From: Trichodesmium erythraeum IMS101
Lineage (GTDB): Bacteria; Cyanobacteriota; Cyanobacteriia; Cyanobacteriales; Microcoleaceae
Assembly: GCF_000014265.1 (NCBI RefSeq)
Contig: NC_008312.1
Location: 6,000,001-6,032,000, forward strand
DNA length: 32,000 nucleotides
Direction: 5' to 3'
Both the position numbers and the translations under genes were made by a program. A model generated the notes under the pieces. It worked only from the letters and a program-made list of their open reading frames with translations, did not search any database and was not told where the DNA came from. Each line of letters opens with the position of its first letter. Position 1 is the first letter of the stretch. Of this stretch, positions 28,982 through 32,000 are shown piece by piece.

Positions 28982-29525
28982 ATGTCGGTAAAAATTTTTA
29001 GCCAGCGATCGCGCAGGTACGCGAGTAGAAACTACTCGAACCTCTGCTACCGAAACCTCTCTGAATGAGGGCCAAAACCAAGTGCTAATCTCACAGAAGT
29101 AGTAAATATTCTATATCCTTTACTGTGGTTTTCATTGGCGTTCTTTGTCCCACGATCTACTACCAAGGCAAACGTCAACAAAATTTCCTAAATGGTCGTG
29201 ACATGGTGTTGGGGAAAAAATCAATCATAACTCTATGGTGATAGACAAGAGTCCAAGAAGCACAACATCCAGAACCTACTGTAACATTTGTTAATTCTTT
29301 GATGGTAAAAACAAAAGCAAAAAGGCTCAAGTATATGGCTTAGATGTTGGTAAAAAATTAAAAGGTTGTAAGCGTCATATCTTGGTTGATACTCAAGGAA
29401 GACTACTAGTTAAATTCACGATTATTGCAACGGGTGATAGTATGGTAGCGATATCCAATTTAAAAATTTCGAGGTTTTCTGACCATTTATTTGATACCTT
29501 TGAGTATTTGGAGTTGGAAATATAA
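28982..29525 (+). pseudogene. IS5-family transposase remnant (OrfA plus start of DDE region), multiply frameshifted
   Basis: Fragments in shifting frames: ..LLEPLLPKP.., ..LTEVVNILYPLLWFSLAFFVPRSTTKANVNKIS.. (cf. REVVNAILY.LRTGC.WR.LP.DFP.W.TVY.YF..W), ..DKSPRSTTS.. (cf. IDSQSVKTT), and ..[26 protein letters not shown].. (cf. [24 protein letters not shown]). Confidence 0.65.
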
Positions 29526-29765
29526 TTAGAAAATAATTCTCAACATATTCGGTGCTCTAAATTCTTATTAGATATCTCCAGAAATTAAATTTTGACCCAG
29601 GTACGAAAGGATTTAAGATTAATTATGGTCGAAGTCTATTGAGTATGTGTCAGTAATGTAGTAGAGTGATGCGAAAAATTTCTGGCCTTGTAGAACGAAC
29701 TCAAACTCAACTATAGCTTTATTGTCATTAGGTTTTGTCCCTCAACTAAACCTATGCTTATTACT

Positions 29766-29793
29766 GTAGGGACGTTGTATGTAACGTCCCTAC
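29766..29793. repeat. GC-rich perfect hairpin / palindromic element
   Basis: gtagggacgtt (29766-29776) and aacgtccctac (29783-29793) are exact reverse complements around a 6-nt loop gtatgt. No T-tract follows on either strand. Confidence 0.7.
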
Positions 29794-30305
29794 AAATTTG
29801 TAGTTTATTTGAGGATAATGTAACTGAGCTTTTGCTAATAGTTATTCGAGAATTAATTGATAATCAAAATCTAATTTATCCATTGAGTATAAAGAAAATA
29901 ATTGACACTCTACTGAATCTTTATTATTAAACAAAGTTATTGATCAGATGTTCATTGCTTAATAATTGAAGTATCTCCTAACCATAGTGTTAATGTATGA
30001 TAATTGGTATTATAGTAAATTAACAAAAGGTCGCTACTGTATTAATCTCAACACTCTTAGTAACAGACTTTAGCATTGTAACAGTATTTTTTTAAGTACT
30101 ATATCTTATAAGTAGTGATGCCGAATTAATTACACATATATACAAGCTCAATTATTAGCCTTCTTATCAGCTGAAATAATTAGGGTGAACTGAAAAAAAA
30201 ACTGAAAGTATTTACTTAAATATTACTAAGGTTTTCTTGTGGAGAAAATTTACATTTTTGGGGCTCAGGTTTGTTTAAAATTATTAAATTTGAGCGACTA
30301 AGGAT

Positions 30306-30688
30306 AGAAAAATCGAAAAAAAAATGTTTCCCAAGATATCTTTTGTAATTCACATTTATTCCTGCTTCTATACCTCAATATTTTCTCGCTCTGTGTTTTC
30401 TGCTCTTACTTATAATCTTACTTATAAAATGTATTCAGCAAGTCTTAATTAAAGTAGGTAAATAATAATGTAATGAAACTTAAGAGAAATCAATGGACAG
30501 AAAAATCGAAAAAAAAAATGTTTCCCAATATATCTTTTGTAATTCACATTTATTCCTGCTTCTATACCTCAATATTTTCTCGCTCTGTGTTTTCTGCCCT
30601 TACTTATAACCTTACTTATAAAATGTATTCAGCAAGTCTTAATTCAAGTAGGTAAATAATAATGTAACGAAATTTAAGAGAAATTAAT
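30306..30688 (+). repeat. Tandem direct duplication, ~191-bp unit x2 (upstream region of the TPR gene)
   Basis: 30306-30494 and 30497-30688 align end to end (agaaaaatcgaaaaaaaaatgtttcccaa.atatcttttgtaattcac...gtaggtaaataataatgtaa.gaaa.ttaagagaaat.aat) with 7 substitutions and one 1-nt indel by my reading. Confidence 0.9.
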
Positions 30689-31179
30689 ACGCATAAAAAA
30701 TTTAGTTATTAAAATGATAATTTGGAAAAATTTGAGGTTAGTTATATCTATTGTATGTCTATTAATTGTTCCTCCATCTATGATAGTCGATAAAAAAGCG
30801 AATATAAATTCACAAGCACTGACAAAGCCGACAAAAAATGAGAGTTATTATATTTCACAAAATAATCTAAAAACTGAAATACAGAAACTTGAGCAACAAG
30901 CAACTGAAGAATTTAATAATGGTAAATAAGAGAAATTAATACGCATAAAAAATTTAGTTATTAAAATGATAATTTGGAAAAATTTGAGGTTAGTTATATC
31001 TATTGTATGTCTATTAATTGTTCCTCCATCTATGATAGTCGATAAAAAAGCGAATATAAATTCACAAGCACTGACAAAGCCGACAAAAAATGAGAGTTAT
31101 TATATTTCACAAAATAATCTAAAAACTGAAATACAGAAACTTGAGCAACAAGCAACTGAAGAATTTAATAATGGTAAAT
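30676..31179 (+). repeat. Tandem direct duplication, 252-bp unit x2, apparently identical (TPR gene leader plus first 71 codons)
   Basis: 30676-30927 and 30928-31179 read identically base for base by eye. The period is confirmed by the two ATGs at 30714 and 30966. Confidence 0.9.
30714..30929 (+). pseudogene. Truncated duplicate of the TPR protein N-terminus (71 codons, stop created at the duplication junction)
   Basis: Identical to codons 1-71 of the CDS starting at 30966. The junction ggtaaat|aagag gives TAA, whereas the full copy continues ggtaaat|ttgaggtt (..NNGKFEVALEQF..). It could still be expressed as a short signal-peptide-bearing product. Confidence 0.6.
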
Positions 31180-32000
31180 TTGAGGTTGCTTTAGAACAAT
31201 TTAAACAAGTATTAGAAATTTATACTCAACAGAGCGATCGCTTTGGAATTATTCAAACTTTAGATAAAATTGCTGTTGTTTATGATGCTCAAGGTAAATA
31301 TCTGAAAGCTTTAGAATTTTATCAGAAAACATTAGAAAAGACTCAACAGGAGAAAAGTAGTGAAGATATTAGTGCTATTTTAAGTAAGATTGGTTTAGTT
31401 TATTCCCAGTTAGGTCAGTATGAAAAAGCTATAGATTTTTATCAGCAATCTTTAAATAAAAATTATCCAGAACAAGCTATTATTTTAAATAAAATTGGAA
31501 CAATTTATTACCATTTAAAACAATTTTCTAAAGCTTTAGAATATTATCAACGAGCTTTAGAGGTTAATCGGAAAAATAAAGATAATACTGGTATAGCAAA
31601 AACTCTAGATAATATAGGTGTAACTTATCGAGAACAGGAAAAATATTCTGAAGCATTAAAATATCATCAAGAAGCATTAGCTATTAAAGAAAAAATTGGT
31701 GATAACTATAATAATTCAGCTACTCTTCATCATATTGGCTTAGTTTATAGAGAATTAAATAAACATTCAGAAGCTCTAAAATTTTTAACTAAAACTTTGA
31801 TTATTGAACGACAACTTGGGCACCAAGATAAAGAGAGAATTACTCTTGCTAATATAGGTAAATTATTAGAAAGAAAGAATCAAGATCAATTAGCAATAAT
31901 TTTTTATAAACAATCAATTAATATTACTGAAAATATTAGGAAAGATTTAAAAAAATTACCAGTAGAACGGCAAAATTTACATATAAAAAGTATTCTTGAA
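30966..32000 (+). CDS. TPR-repeat protein with N-terminal hydrophobic signal/anchor (N-terminal part of a CHAT-type protein; 3' end beyond window)
   Basis: MIIWKNLRLVISIVCLLIVPPS..., then at least six 40-aa TPR_12-like repeats (..LDKIAVVYDAQGKYLKALEFYQKTLE.., ..LNKIGTIYYHLKQFSKALEYYQRALE.., ..LDNIGVTYREQEKYSEALKYHQEALAI..). It ends with AIIFYKQSINITENIRKDL, a linker typical upstream of CHAT domains. The frame is open to position 32000 (345 codons). Confidence 0.8.
   Translation, partial: MIIWKNLRLVISIVCLLIVPPSMIVDKKANINSQALTKPTKNESYYISQNNLKTEIQKLEQQATEEFNNGKFEVALEQFKQVLEIYTQQSDRFGIIQTLDKIAVVYDAQGKYLKALEFYQKTLEKTQQEKSSEDISAILSKIGLVYSQLGQYEKAIDFYQQSLNKNYPEQAIILNKIGTIYYHLKQFSKALEYYQRALEVNRKNKDNTGIAKTLDNIGVTYREQEKYSEALKYHQEALAIKEKIGDNYNNSATLHHIGLVYRELNKHSEALKFLTKTLIIERQLGHQDKERITLANIGKLLERKNQDQLAIIFYKQSINITENIRKDLKKLPVERQNLHIKSILE

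Noticed and set aside
30324-30452. 42-aa ORF (MFPKISFVIHIYSCFYTSIF...) inside each 191-bp repeat unit (the track lists the second copy as 30473-30655)
   Set aside because: Two of three substitutions within it are synonymous, but that is far too few to infer selection. The stop is not conserved between copies, and the peptide has no recognisable features. I treat it as non-coding leader sequence.
30306-31179. CRISPR array as an explanation for the regularly spaced repeats
   Set aside because: The units are 191 and 252 bp long and directly abutting with no unique spacers. One unit contains the start of a protein-coding gene. No cas genes are present.

Overview
This is a low-GC cyanobacterial chromosome segment. 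The evidence for that is psbK, Tic20/Ycf60-like and Ycf66-like genes, two tocopherol genes, 10 copies of the HIP1 octamer GCGATCGC, and CAGAACT-type heptamer repeats. My taxon guess is a Trichodesmium-like filamentous marine cyanobacterium; this is inference only.

Intact genes I can support:
- a 3'-truncated PLAT + pancreatic-type lipase (1-1252, -)
- homogentisate phytyltransferase (2976-4025, -)
- ktrA (4458-5156, -) and ktrB (6416-7747, -), split by a 1.26-kb ORF-free spacer
- gamma-tocopherol methyltransferase (8576-9457, +)
- Tic20/Ycf60-like protein and rpsF
- a coiled-coil protein and an orphan STAS protein
- psbK (16874-17011, +), which is too short for the ORF track
- an alpha/beta hydrolase
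- a conserved hypothetical + MBL-fold pair
- an M50 site-2 protease, a membrane desaturase-family protein and a Nudix hydrolase
- a small Cys-rich protein
- a Ycf66-N protein with a long acidic tail
- the 5' part of a TPR (CHAT-type) protein that runs off the 3' edge

By my own feature table the intact CDS sum to about 15 kb, under half of the window. The rest is gene debris plus several ORF-free AT-rich tracts longer than 1 kb. The debris comprises:
- an IS4-family element with a dead transposase
- a tnpB pseudogene plus two IS605-type right-end/omega-RNA-like modules
- two IS5-type remnants and another transposase tail
- a nonsense+frameshift saccharopine-dehydrogenase-like pseudogene
- decayed or very recent tandem duplications of gene 5' ends

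I saw no rRNA, tRNA or CRISPR array. I did not find a coherent new multi-gene system (no defence-island-like or biosynthetic cluster). The items most worth a second look are:
- the nested tandem duplications at the TPR gene 5' end
- the TnpB-less omega-RNA-like modules
- a 140-bp dispersed repeat with a 29-nt identical core
- an interleaved-helix element downstream of the ycf66-like gene
- the PLAT-lipase, whose catalytic-His position reads Asp
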